Source: Azolla caroliniana (Eukaryota; Plantae; Polypodiophyta). Taken from it: a stretch of DNA of 64,000 nucleotides. This document shows positions 35,218 through 48,758 of the stretch, one piece after another (within the stretch, counting starts at the first letter, position 1; each line of letters opens with the position of its first letter). Under the pieces are notes generated by a model. It was not told the DNA's origin. It did not search any database and saw only the letters and a list, made by a program, of their open reading frames with translations. The position numbers were made by a program, and so were the translations under genes. The stretch lies in the NCBI GenBank assembly GCA_043228905.1, contig JBHGNT010000014.1:4340001-4404000 (forward strand), given 5' to 3'.

Positions 35218-36029
35218 ACCTTTTCATTAAATGCAAATGTCCATTCCCCAACATTAAAGTAAATAAAAATAATATACTTAAATACAACCCCTCTAGAAAG
35301 AGTCAAACCTTACACCTCTTACACGTTGAATGGTCCTAACCACTCGGCCATTCAATTTTATTACATTTTGAATGGTTTACTTTCTTATATTTACATTTTC
35401 GATCTCCCTTTCCCATGTGCTACACATTCTCTCTCTTGCTTTTTCTCTCATGCTTTCACACCATCCCTTATCCCATTTTCACTTGCATTTCCCACTTTCG
35501 GCACGCCACATCACGACAACGCATTATAATAGGGAGATAACCATGTTTTAAGAGAGAATACATATATAAAGTGATTTTAACATAACATAAATATTTCGTA
35601 ATCAATGTGATTCTTATGTGTTTTTTGGAAGTGGTATGATATTCGATAGACTCTCATTTCAATTTGTGTAGGTTTGTGGTGTATTTTTAGTTTTTGATGT
35701 CTTTGAAGCCATACATTGTCTACATAGCAATATTCCCATGACACTAAGTCTATGTTTCTATGGTTAGGATCAGATTAAGCTTAATTAGTGGGTTCAGAAG
35801 CACATATAAGAGGTATGGTCACAAGCTTTATACAAATTGTCATTCAACAATGCCATACATTCATTAGAGATGTATAACAACATTCGAGTACAAACAATGG
35901 GTAAACTAAGTGCATTTTTCTTGTAGTTGTTGTCTTTATGGGATTTTGATATCAAATGATAAGCAATGGTAGGCCAACATACATGATTTGGAACTCATGA
36001 TAATAACTCGAGCAAGGTTGATAACAAAC

Positions 36030-37371
36030 CGATGGGGGATGTGCGAGAAGATGCATGGTTCGGTCTATTTGATGAGGCTGGAATGGTTAAGTTGGTGAAG
36101 GGTGTGAGTGGATCGAGAAGAGATACATTTTTTGGGGAGAGGCAGAGTAGGGGCACTTGGCACCCAGTTCGAGTGGTGGCGGAGGTTGATAACATCTAGA
36201 AGACAAAACCGGATGTTACTAAGGTGGAACCCCATTGGAAATTATGGGTATATGGTTCTCGTCCCCTCGTTGAACTAGAATGGGACCCAGGGGATTTCAG
36301 GTGGAAACATGGTGGCAAACTCTGCCACTTCTTCGAATATAGCACTAAATTGGGGCAGACTTTACAACTGTAGCTCGATGGTCCCCTTCGTGATGGATGG
36401 CAATCACTGGGCATCCCTAACGAGGTGCTCATTACCTTTTGGAAGGGTCTCTGGCATCTCCACATGCCTGAAAAAATCAAGCTCTTTTGGTGACAGATTG
36501 GTCATAATGTGGTTCCCGTTGGCGAGTGGCTAGGTAAAAGTGGCGGCCCGATAGGTTGCCCACTTTGCTCTTCACCTATTGAGTCTCTGATACACTGTCT
36601 TTGGGGTTGCCCTCAAGCTCAAAAGGTATGGGACAGAGTCACTCGCCTCCTTGCGGCATGTGAAGTGGATGGAACAACATTGTGGAGTGTTGCGGCATCG
36701 ATTGACCACTCGGCTGATAGGTGGACAGACGCCTTCAATGCGGATAGCTAATGCTATGTATACACGAGAGGCAAAATTGTCAAGATCCGCTTTGAGAGAG
36801 ACTTGTTGTCCGCATCCCCTAGGTTCCTGGAAATTTGGAGATTGATCGCAGGCTTCACCTTGTGGTATGTCTAGAAAGCACGATGCTTAAAGGTTTTCCA
36901 AGATCTGGTATAGCCCCCAGAGGAAGTGATCATGGATATATGGTTCACGCTTATTAGTTGCCTACGAGGGTAATTGGGCGAGGTTTGCAACCATTCCAAT
37001 GATGTGGCCACTGCCCGGTTGCGCTTTTGGCAGAAATGGTAGAACATGCCTATGGTGACGCTAGGAGAAAGTGGCCCGAGGTGGAACTACCAGCCCCCAC
37101 ACTGGTTGTTTCCTTCTCACATGCCTCCCTCCCTTCGTTGTAGGCCCCAGGAGTCGGCTCATACTGACCGACACTAAAGGCCGCTGCTTTTAGTTATAGG
37201 TATCTACTTACTTTAGGTAGTCAGTTTGAAAAACTATGTAAGTAGTCTCATTTTCTTGATCTTGATCGGAGGGAGATTCCGCGTTTTGTGTATAAGCTTC
37301 CTTGTATAGTCTCCTTGTAATAATCCTAATACTCCTTATAATGGGAAAGTAGCTTCATTTTGGAAAAAAAA
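36030..37371 (+). mobile_element. 5'-truncated L1-type LINE (ORF2 C-terminal zinc domain, 3' UTR, poly-A)
   Basis: FWKGLWHLHMPEKIK, CPLCSSPIESLIHCLWGCPQAQKVW (zf-RVT-like), FTLWYV.KARC; A-tail at 37363-37371; 5' end is approximate. Confidence 0.82.
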
Positions 37372-38087
37372 ATACTAATACTCAAAATAGTGTATCACTA
37401 CCAAAATGTCTTTTGCATTGGATCACAAAAATAATGGTTATATGTAGAAACCAGACTCAAAGGTTCTCTACATTTCACGTCATTGAAGAAAGTCATTGCC
37501 ATACCTATCATGATGAAACTCATTTCTACCATATATTTGCATTTTATATATTAAATTCATATCGTATGAATGTATTATATACTTATATAATTGATCGTAA
37601 TATATACATATATACATATGAATGTGAGCTAAGGTTTTGCTCTTCTTCTTACATAGTATATACATATATACTATGTAAGTAGTCTCATTTTCTTGATCTT
37701 GATCGGAGGGAGATTCCGTGTTTTGTGTATAAGCTTCCTTGTATAGTCTCCTTGTAATAATCCTAATACTCCTTGTAATGGGAAAGTAGCTTCATTTTGG
37801 AAAAAAAAATACTAATACTCAAAATAGTGTATCACTACCAAAATGTCTTTTGCATTGGATCACAAAAATAATGGTTATATGTAGAAACCAGACTCAAAGG
37901 TTCTCTACATTTCACGTCATTGAAGAAAGTCATTGCCATACCTATAATGATGAAACTCATTTTTACCATATATTTGCATTTTATATATTAAATTCATATC
38001 ATATGAATGTATTATATACTTATATAATTGATCGTAATATATACATATATACATATGAATGTGAGCTAAGGTTTTGCTCTTCTTCTT
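37233..38087 (+). repeat. 437-bp tandem duplication spanning the LINE tail and its flank
   Basis: Units start at 37233 and 37670 (ACTATGTAAGTAGTCTC) and are near-identical. Confidence 0.95.
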
Positions 38088-38277
38088 TTTTCCAAAATGA
38101 AGCTACTTTCCCATTAGTTAGGAAGGATTATTACAAAGAGACTGTACAAGGAGGCTTAAACATAGATCGGGGAATCTCCCTCCGATCAAGTTCAAGAAAA
38201 TGAGACTAGTTACATCGCCTTTCAGACTGACTACTTCATGTAAGTACCTAAAGCTAAAACGGTGCCCTTCAGTGATG
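38082..38277 (-). mobile_element. Short 5'-truncated copy of the same LINE family (3' UTR only)
   Basis: Reverse complement resembles 37170-37370; A-rich tail; 17-bp TSD GCTA(A/G)GGTTTTGCTCTT at 38065-38081 and 38278-38294. Confidence 0.85.
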
Positions 38278-40895
38278 GCTAGGGTTTTGCTCTTACTTTC
38301 AAACATTAACCTGTAATGCTTCCTTCATAGAGCATTCACATCCTCTCTTGGGAACTCCGAACAACATATAACCCTTGTTTTTCTCTCAAATTTGGATCCA
38401 TTGGAAATACCACAATAATTATGGAATCCATATCATCAAAATGTCAATATTCCAATGTTAAGGCAACGTCTCGACTCTCTACTTTATAGCACAATTGGTG
38501 TAAAATAAATAGGTCTCTCATTTAACTTAAATTGTTGTTTAAGGGTAGCTCTATATGTAAATTTAGAATTTGGTTCTTTTGATTTCAGTTTAAGTTTAAA
38601 CATGTCAAATTTAAACAAGGGGGTATGTTTTGTACTGTTTGTACGGTGATTCCATCCCATGATTGTCATGATATTTTGAGGAGAACTTTTCATAAATATG
38701 CTTATGATAACACTTTATATGTAGGAATGTATGAGTAAAGAGCGTCTTTTTTTAGAGTATATGCCTACATGTATCAATAGCTAATGAGTTTAATATTTCC
38801 AAGGTTTCTTTAAGTGCCCTTGCTTAAAAAGAAGTACGAATTAATATTTCGATAAATCAAAGAAGTTGATTTTTGTGAGGTATAAAAATAATTGTTTTTT
38901 GATGTGTAATCATGTTAAGCCAATTGATTAATTTATTAATACCTCTAAGCATATAATTGAAAGTAGAGGACAATAATAATGTATTATTGGTAAGCACATT
39001 TAAAGTTTCTGAGTCTTGAACTATAGGGACATCCAAATTTAGAAAAACTTGAATTATATGAGGATAACTTTTTCAATAAGATATTATTGTAAGCATATTT
39101 TTTGAAATATAATGTTATTCTAAATTAAGCGAAACTTGTGAGAATCTTATCGATTTATTCCGTTCTTTAGATTGTATGTCTCAAAATCTAACAAAACAAA
39201 CATCATGATTTCCATGGAATTCTGAGCGAATACACTGATATTTGAGAGCATCCTTATGTAAACTACCTACCTTTTCGAAACATCATGTCGAAGAATGTTA
39301 ATAGAGAAAGGTTGTGCTCTAATATGAAGCACAACCACATCCATTTGTTAATAAAGCCGAATAAGATGAATTATATATGGTAATATACCACTTTTAGTTT
39401 ATCAATATTTCTTATTGTTAAAAGGTAGTCTATGAGGAGATGCATGATTTTTTATGTAAAGCCCATGTAATCAATACATCTCTATGGTTATGATTTAAGG
39501 ATCCCTTTATCCTTGCAATTGGGAAATACATTTTCAAAAGTGTCACACATATGGTTTTTACCATACATTTGTTTACATTTCTAGTAATTCATTTAACCTT
39601 GCTTGAACCTACACCTTAAACAATAAAAGCACTTTATAACTAAACTCTAGATGTATTGTTTTAGATTTGGATTTAAAATCGATATCATTCTATAGTTAGA
39701 ATATCAAATAATCACATTTTCGGGAACTACAATAGAAGTTGAAAAGGCATATATTCACGTGGTGTTCACTTATAGTTAATGAAAAGTTTAGTCACGATGA
39801 CTGCAATATTGAATCCTACATAATACATATATCAAACAAATTGCCCATATTTATTCTTCATTAGTGAAAGATACATGCCACTTTCTTTGTATGTAAATCA
39901 ATACAATGTACTTTTTACATCTCTATATTTTAATACATACATGGATACTTCATATGTCAAACATTCTCACTAGAAATTATATAGCTGCTTGTTTTTCTAA
40001 TTTAACAATCATTTAATCAAGCGTCAGAATATTTTATCAATAATACTTTCTTTACCTATTTAGCATTTCAACCTCTAACTAAGCCAGATTTTTGCAAATA
40101 TTACAAGGAATGGGTATCAAGGGTCCCCCTAGTGGAAAATGGATGCATTATATGTACTTTATTCTCTTTTATTAAGAATTGTAGCATAAAGACTCCAAGA
40201 ATCAAGGAGAATGCCATTTACATAGCCATTCTATAGAATGAAGTGATTGATAAGCCTACTTCTATCCACCAATAGGATTAAAGCAATGCAAATGTGAAAT
40301 AAAATCTTGGATATTTACACTTTACACAACACAAACACTATGATCACATCATACCTTGATTTTATGTCTATTTGGGTTTTGGTTGTTTTAGAAGATTAAT
40401 TAATTATATCTTCGTTGCATTGTGGTGCATGTAGGACAATGGGAAATAACAATGAAGAAATCTAAAAATATTAAAACTTATGAATAATATGAGCAATAAT
40501 GGCATATCTCACAATAAGCATTCATGACATAAACATTAGTGGCATACAATATAGCAAACAATAATACCTAGACATGGGTTTCAACTAATGGATATATTCC
40601 TACTTCCCAAGCCTATATCTTTGTGTTATGATCATTACCACCACAAAAGGTGAGATATAATTCTCAAGAAGAAAATAATTTAAAGCTAAGGGTTTACAAT
40701 ATGAGTACGATGAACATTCTAGAATGAATGAGTTACAAAGATGTTGGGTTTAGTATGCATAGAACATGTCATTTCGCTTTATCCTTAAAAATGTACATTT
40801 TTGAAAATGACATGGATATTGAATCATGTGGACACACACAAAAGAGTATCCACATGATGAAAATACCACAAGAAACTATACATGTAAACGTTTCC

Positions 40896-40903
40896 TATAA
40901 ATA
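40896..40903 (+). promoter_or_regulatory. Candidate TATA box of the ubiquitin-like gene
   Basis: CCTATAAATA ~200 nt upstream of the ATG, just before a GA-rich 5' leader. Confidence 0.5.
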
Positions 40904-40948
40904 AACTTATTGTATTCGGTATGTTACAAGGTGGTAGAGAAAGCGTGA

Positions 40949-40982
40949 GAGTTAGAGTTAGAGTTAGAGTTAGAGTTAGAGT

Positions 40983-41018
<36 letters not shown>

Positions 41019-41027
41019 AAGAGAAGA
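40949..41027 (+). repeat. Compound microsatellite (GAGTTA)6-(GA)n-(GAGAA)n in the presumed 5' UTR
   Basis: Read directly from the sequence. Confidence 0.9.
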
Positions 41028-41102
41028 AATATTTGTTTATCTCTAATTGAGAAAGAGATAGAAAGAGTCTGATCTTGCACTCAAAAGTTACAAAGTCTAA
41101 AA

Positions 41103-43396
41103 ATGGTAAGGTTGTTATAAACTATGTGTAGTGATCTCTTTCTCTTGGTTGTGTGCATTTGTATTTTTGTGATCCATTTTGTTGGAACTCTTGTTATTTA
41201 TGTGCACTTTCAAACATGAAAATAAGAAACTAGGGATTGGGAGACAATAAGGACATGCATTGCAATCAACCCAACATTCTGAAGTTGTATCTACTAAATT
41301 AGTGAAGGTGATGCATTCAAATGAACCCCTACATTATCCAATTTCATCTAGTAAAGCAATGAATATAGCAAGATTTGTAGGGTGCAATGGATAATAATAT
41401 TCACATGTTGCCATTGGTGTATAATCTCCTATATTATGTAGTTGCATATAGTGGCGTAATGCATATAGTGAGTTTTGAAAATCAGGTCCAATTGGGTAGT
41501 AAAATTCAAGACTCTTTCAAAATATGAGGGGTACACGGGTTCTCATATGTAATTTACTTGGAGAAATTTAAAATAAAAGCTTTGGGAGTTGTACATGTCA
41601 TTTGACTAAAACCTTGATGATTGAAATTTGGCTAGTTCATTTGGCTCATTCCTAAAACATTATATTAAACAATACAATGACTAAGAATAATCTTTCATTT
41701 GTTATGACGAATGACATGTAGGTTACTATGTACGATTAATATCCCCATATCTTTCTAATTGTTTCGAATTAATAAGAGATATGTTTTAGAAGAGTGGCAA
41801 ATGTTTGTGGATTTATGTGTGTTTAATGTATATAAATTAGCATATAACAATTGTTGTAAATGCTACTTACGTAGAGTACACACATATATACATGTCTCCA
41901 ATGACATTGAAGGGCCATTCGATCTCGTCTTTTTTCTTTAATCTCATTGAGCTTTCTTATATGTATCTACATGAAATATAGTTCAACTTGTTGGAATGCA
42001 TTGATTGTATTGCATGCTATGTATAGGTTATGTAGTAACAATATGTAAGATTAATATGTTGGTTCTCTATTGCATAATTACTTTTCTAATTCTTTGAAAG
42101 TTTTGGTGTGAGTAGGCAATGTACATTCGTGTGAAGAGGAGAAAGACCACATATTTTGTCCAATGTAATCCTTCAGATACCATCCTACAAATAAAGCAAA
42201 ACTTGCAAAGCCTCACAGACAATCATGTGAGGAACCAACGATTGATCCTCCTCGACACTTATCACGTCCTTGATGATTCAAAGACACTTTCTCAACAACA
42301 GGTAAGATATTGAGCATCAAGTCTACTATCGACACTTAATGTAATGAATGTATTTACAAGCTTTTGTTTTATCTTTAAACTCAATTTTTATGGTACAATC
42401 TTATGGTACATCATTGATATTATCTTATCTTTTTTAGGCAAATCTGGTGAGCTCCCTCCCTTCATAGATCCTCTTACATCTTTAAACTGCAACCCCTTAT
42501 ATTGTTATTTTTAGAAACCAATGTAGAATCTCCAATCTTGGTACTAGAACCATTGATGCTTTAAATTTACTTTTTTAGATATTGTAGGAGGATACAGATA
42601 TGCCTCAATCACCCCATTTTTCAAAATATGCTCCATTTCTCTTTTATTTAACTATATTCAATTATTGATGCCCCAAACTATTTGCTTCTACATAATTAAC
42701 TTATTGACATTGTTCTTCACTTTTATCTCCTCATGCTAAGCAATAAGAATCGTTTCGTGGTGCCTCAAAATTGTGAACTAACATCCATGTATATTAAGTT
42801 ATGTCACGTCAATTCTTCATTAGGCTTGCAATAGAAAATTACATTATGGTACTTTAATGATAACAATGCATGTTATTGTTGTGGATAATTGATTATCTTC
42901 ACCACACAAAAACCTAACTCTATAGCAAGCCACACAATTCATGCATATCACTACATCAATTTTAACTCTATAGGGGATATCTATAAGCTTATATTTTCTA
43001 TCTTCATGTAATTGTGGAAATAAAGCATCTTCCGTTGGAAGGTTCTTTATGGTTTGCCATGATCCTCAATGATACCATAGCAATATTACATTATAGCGCA
43101 TGTTGACATTGACATTGCTCAAAGTATATCAAATTTGGTTGCATTTTTATATATCATTATATTATTTGTTGGTTTAATATTATTATTGATGTCCAAAACT
43201 TCATGACAGGTTGAGAATAACTCTATTGTAGCGTTGACTTTGCGCAAAAGTAAGATTGTAATTTTGTTAATGAATTTCATGAAAACATTTATGTGCAATT
43301 TTTTTATTCTAATATTTAGAATGTGTCTTTCTAATAGGCAATGGAGATTGGGAGGATATTCAGATTGACAATATGAACAATGATGATTCCGATTGA
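41103..43396 (+). CDS. Ubiquitin-like Elongin-B-type protein, 95 aa; exons 41103-41105, 42116-42301, 43210-43249, 43338-43396
   Basis: All introns are GT-AG and in frame. Spliced product: MAMYIRVKRRKTTYFVQCNPSDTILQIKQNLQSLTDNHVRNQRLILLDTYHVLDDSKTLSQQQVENNSIVALTLRKSNGDWEDIQIDNMNNDDSD*. It matches the plant MAMYIRVKR.KTTYF..VENDAVVALTLRK family. Confidence 0.9.
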
Positions 43397-45024
43397 TAAC
43401 AATTATTCCACTCTTCATGCTTTTATTATAGTTCAAAATAAAGTTAAAATGTGCATCTTCAAGACAATATTTGGCATTTCTAAGAATATCAATTCTAAAT
43501 ACTTTGTATGTACATAAATTTGTAAACTTTAGTTTATGTCTTTCTATATATACATCCCATAAAACCTTGTTTACGTAGTTGTGTCCGTTCTATATATGTA
43601 CCCTTTTCTTTTGGCGTGATCAATATAAATTTACATATAATTTGGTTAAGTCTTATCACTTTGAACATGGAACTGCTTTCTCGTGAATAGTATGTATTCG
43701 TATATACATAAGCAGTTGCACATACATAGTCACAAAAATTTATCTTTCCATGCAAGTTAATATATGTAAACTCATCAAGATATATTTACATATAATTTGG
43801 TTAAATCATGTCCCTACAAACAAAACAATTGCTTTCTTGTGTATATAGTATGTATATGCACACAAGCACATGCATATGCATAGTCACATAGACCTATTCA
43901 TGCAAATTGTGTTGTATCCACACATCAATTTGTGGTAAGACATATAGGTCAAATATATATCCATTGGGAAAAAGTTTGTATGAAATATTAGGGAATTATA
44001 CCAATTGTACAAATACTAACATAGAGAAGAATATGCTCTTTAATTACTTTTAAAGAATGATGTCTCGTAATTGTTCTAATTGTAAGCAAGTAAAATATGA
44101 ATTATGAGTAGCATTATGAACTTCCCAACATTACATAACAACTAAGTTAACCCATTTATTCTTCATTAGATAATGGGTTTTCTATTAATATTTAGTTTTT
44201 TTTAAGGGAGTACAACCTGAATTCACACTATGATTGGCTCCTAAGTACTATCTCATTGATCACGGATATGTGCGGAGAACGTTTGAGGACTTGTCTAGAA
44301 GTGCTCAACAAACAACACAGAAAATGATGAAAACAAGAAGATAGACACGCTCTTAAGCTTTAATGGAAGTTTTGTTATTTCTGTTCTCTCTAACTCTCTC
44401 TCTTAGAGACTCTAGATATAAGAATGATCAAACTGCATGTATTCAACGTTAGGTTAGGGCCTATTAACTCAAGCCCTAACTATTGGACATGTTCACATTA
44501 GTAAGGATACAAAGTGGAAGGAGTTGGCCTTTTATGCCAACACTCATATCATGTGTCACATTGTGAATTAGGTGAAATTACTTAGAATCAAGCAATAGTA
44601 GCAAGATATTTTGGAGTCTCCCAAACCTCATAGACAATCCAAACAAACACTAACTAAAAAACTTCAAGAGGGAATGGAATATACCATAATGAATTGGTTG
44701 GATGTTTCCATCAAACCAATACACTTCATTAAAATGTACCTATCCATGGATAAATTTGCAATTCCATGTGCAAATGTTCAGTTAACATTGTTGGTAGATT
44801 CTAACTAAGAGTTGAAAATAGATTTAGACTCACATCATGCTTGATTTGATGGTGAGGCATTGAGGTGTGGTTCAAAATAAGAATCTGTGTCAAAAGGAGA
44901 CCATTTTTTTATTTCTATTTATTATTAGAGAATCCATAGATAGAATAACAATAAAACATGTAGTCAAAAGGTATATTTCTAGTAAAGTGCATAAAGTAAT
45001 TCTCTAGGAATCCCATAGTAGGAT

Positions 45025-45986
45025 CATAGATTGACCCATGCGTGAAATTCGTAGTATTCGACATCCGTAATATTCGAGAATACAAAATGACCCCAAGAAT
45101 ATTACGGAACCATTCGTTTATTTATTTATTATTTAAAAAAACAAATATTTTTACATCTACTATATAAAAATATTACTCTAAGTTCCCCTTTGTAATGTCA
45201 AGAGAGTAAAAGATGGGGAATTAATGAACCTTTTATTTATTATTTATTTTTTGTTTTTTACTAAAAATAAAACAAATACTTTTAAGTTTTTCATCTACAT
45301 ATTATAAGAATATTATTGGTGTGAGGTCCCCTTTTTAATGTGAGATAAAAAAATGAAATTTTATGAGAACCTTTTATTTATTATATATATATATATATAT
45401 ATTGTTTTATTAAAAACTAAAACATATACATTTAAGTTTTATATATATTATAAAAATATTATTAGTGTGAGTTCCCATTTTTAATGTGAGATAAAAATAT
45501 GAAATTTATGGGAGCCTTTTAATAATTTACATATATTTATTTATTTTTTGTTTTATTAAAAAATAAAACAAATACATTTAAGTTTTATATATATTATAAA
45601 AACATTATCACTATGAGGTTCCCTTTTAATAATAAAAATATCAATTTTTGTGGGAGAGTAAAAAGTGGGGAATTAATGATCCTTTTATTTATTATTTATT
45701 ATTATTTTTATATTTATTAAAAATAATACAAATACTTTTAAGTTTTAAGTTTTTCATCTATTATATAAAAATATTATTTAGTGTAAGTCTCCTTTTTAAT
45801 TTGAAGTTAAATATCCCCTATTTAATGTGAAAGTCTCTTTGTTATATTATATATATATTAGAAACTAAAAAGTATGAACTCTTTTTTTTCTTTTTCTTTT
45901 TTAACGAATATTTTTCATGCATTGTTATGCGTATTCGTATGCATTCGTTTGGTAACCCCCCACGAATGCGAATATGTCAATCTATG
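45025..45986. mobile_element. Non-autonomous hAT element (MITE), 962 bp
   Basis: 11-bp TIRs CATAGATTGAC/GTCAATCTATG; perfect 8-bp TSD AGTAGGAT (45017-45024, 45987-45994); AT-rich interior with degenerate repeats and subterminal ATTCG motifs. Confidence 0.92.
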
Positions 45987-45994
45987 AGTAGGAT

Positions 45995-46180
45995 ATATGG
46001 TGATCACATTCGAGGAGAAATTACAAGGTAACATATTTTGCAAGTTGGCTTGTGGTTGTTGTAAATAATTACGAGTGTAATTATGTAGTGCAAAACTAGA
46101 TGTCTGATTTAGAAGGTACACAACTGTCCTGAGTGCTTCGGCCCAATAGAACTTGAGCATGCTCTTTTGTTCTAGATTTA
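45995..46180 (-). pseudogene. Small Copia integrase fragment
   Basis: KSMLKFYWAEALRTVVYLLNQT. Confidence 0.6.
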
Positions 46181-46399
46181 TTATTTCACTTAGGAAATCC
46201 ATGTATATTCTAGATTTCTCTAGAACATTCTCGAAATGTCAAGAGTACTCCTAAGCATACTATAAAAAGAGGGACATGACATTATTGAGAACCAATTTGG
46301 TTCAACGCCCGTCTTAAGCCTCCTAGCTATTCTTGTATATTCTCTTCATATAATATAATATATTGTTTGTGTTCATTCTCTCTCTCTCTCTCTCTCTCT

Positions 46400-46965
46400 C
46401 ATGAGGACCACAATAAAGTAATACGCCAAGAAATATGGCATATTTACACTCGGTATAAATGGATCACTCCACTAGAGCCACTCCCATCTAAAATGTTGTA
46501 CTATAAGGAACACTTCATGCATTTCTCTAAGTTAGGTTTTATTACATGGCCAAAATATCTAGATGTATTCTTACCACATGCACTAAGGGTTGCCATTGGA
46601 CAACGTAGAATATCATCTCACCAACTTGAGATTGAAAATGGTCGTACTAATGGAGTCCTTAGGGAGGAAAGGATATGTAGGTTATGCCACATAAAGATAG
46701 AGGATGAGTACCACTTTACATGCAAGTGTCCCACCTACGCCGAGATAAGGGCAAAATACCAAGACATACTTGGTTCCTCTCCTACCCTCCCCAAACTATT
46801 AGATTCTCTAGATATAAAGAAATTAGGCAGATACATCCTAGAGCTAAAACAACACAGAGAGAATAAGTTACAAAATGCTGACAATAATGTTGCTAATGTT
46901 CACCAACATGTAAGAAATGAAGTTTTTCAGGAACAGGGGGAGACAACAAATGTTGACACACCTGC
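46400..46965 (+). mobile_element. Non-LTR retrotransposon ORF2 C-terminal fragment (non-L1; RTEX/RTE/CR1-like CCHC tail)
   Basis: LRVAIGQRRISSHQLEIENGR..REERICRLCHIKIEDEYHFTCKCPTYAEIRAKY. Confidence 0.75.
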
Positions 46966-46969
46966 ACCA

Positions 46970-47750
46970 CAAGGTCGGAACGAGCCAATTAGTATTTTGT
47001 TATATATGGATTATTTAGTTATCTCCGGTGGAGACCTGGAGGAAATGAGCCGTGTCAAGTCTTAGTTGGCAGCATCATTCGAGATGAAGGACTTGGGGGA
47101 CCTTCACTACTTCCTCAAGATTGAAGTGATCCGCACCCTGGAAGGCATATTGATCAACTAATGACAATGTGTGTTGAATATGCTCTTCAAGTTCGACATG
47201 ATGGATTGTAAATCCGTTTGGACTCCTCTTGATAGGAATGTCAAGCTTCACCATGGATCGGGATAGTTTGCAACGCGACATGGTTCCGATAGATTATTGG
47301 AAGCCTCATTTATTTGACGATCATCCGGTCGGACCTCAGTTATCCACTGTATTTAATCAATCAATTCATGTCGCAACAGACATCTGATCAGCTTTAGTGC
47401 ACGCATCAGATATTGCATTACGTGAGTGGCACGAAGGATCGTGGGATTTTGTATCAGACAGGTGTAACTGAACAATTAGTCGGTTATATGGATGATGATT
47501 GGGCCAAAAGCGCAAGTGATCGCTAATCAACATCTGGATATGCTTTCTCCTTGGGGAGTGCAATAAGAACTAGCCAACAATAGCATTGTCAAGCATCGAG
47601 GTAGAGTACAAAGGAGCGTCAATCAATGTGCAAAGGCATATGGCTCAAGCGGCTGCAAAAAAGGATCTACAGGTGGAGGTTGCCGATCTGACAATGATAT
47701 ATCGTGACAACCTCAACAACATCTAACTTGCTACGAACCACATCTTTGAA
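46970..47750 (+). pseudogene. Degenerate Copia RT/RNase H fragment
   Basis: ILLYMDYLVISG, FEMKDLGDLHYFL, IIGSLIYLTIIRSDLSY, SGYAFSLGS; similar to 27650-28450. Confidence 0.8.
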
Positions 47751-48458
47751 GTACTTGTAAGTACTTCAGTCAGCCTATGTCCGAGACTTGTATAAAGAGT
47801 GCTGACTAAGCATATTTTGACGTAAAGAGTCTTATTTTTTTGAAATTGAGTTTTGGTTGTTTGCTCACTCTTTCTCTCTCGCTCTCTCCCCCTATGGACT
47901 TTTTATTCTCAGTGTTTACCTAATTGTGTGTTGTTGTTTGGTCGAGCCGACCGTGTCTTGTGTACGAGCTTCAACATCTAATTCTTTTCAGGTCGTTGAT
48001 GTAAATGCCCTGATCTTTCAAAATCCTTTTGAGCCATGAGACTTCACATACAACCACGGTTAGCTGCTTCTTGTTGCTCCATGATATGGATGCTTCTTTC
48101 TACTGGTTGACTGTGCTGTTGGCATTGTACTTCACCTTGTATATTTATCTACGACCAATTTCTTTCTTGTGAGGTGATGTTGAACAAGGTCCCGTATTTT
48201 TGTTAGGAATATGTCCCTCCTCTGGGAGAAGTTGATAGTCAGTGTCTATGAGAGAAGACGACAGTTGAACAGAGACAAGCCAAACACTGGATGGTCAGTC
48301 GGATCGACCAGTGAGTCGATAGGGTTGTCGATTACTCTGAAGGAGATATTAGAGAGAGTTGACTACATCATGGATGCTCCAGATTAAGGAGAAGATTGAC
48401 TAGTTGGGTCGACTGGATAGCCGACATGGGAGTAGGCTAGTTGGGCCGACTAGAGAAT

Positions 48459-48722
48459 TGTTGAACACAGTGCTCGGCCACCACCGAGGAATAGGATCAA
48501 CTCACAAAAAACAGGAAATACAAAATGCACGAAGACAATAGAGAGAAGAGTACACAGGATGTTTTACGTGGAAAACCCTAAATGGGAAAAAACCACGGGA
48601 GTCCTCGAACTCCAACTATCACTATAAACAGAGATGTACAATGGTGAAGCTACAAGGCAACAACCTTGAGCTCACTGTCTTCGCCACAGGCGGCGGTAAT
48701 ACACAGAGGCAACGACCTCTTC

Positions 48723-48758
<36 letters not shown>

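Noticed and set aside
38300-40890. Hidden exons or a gene in the AT-rich stretch upstream of the ubiquitin-like gene
   Set aside because: No recognisable protein motif or consistent exon chain could be built by eye.
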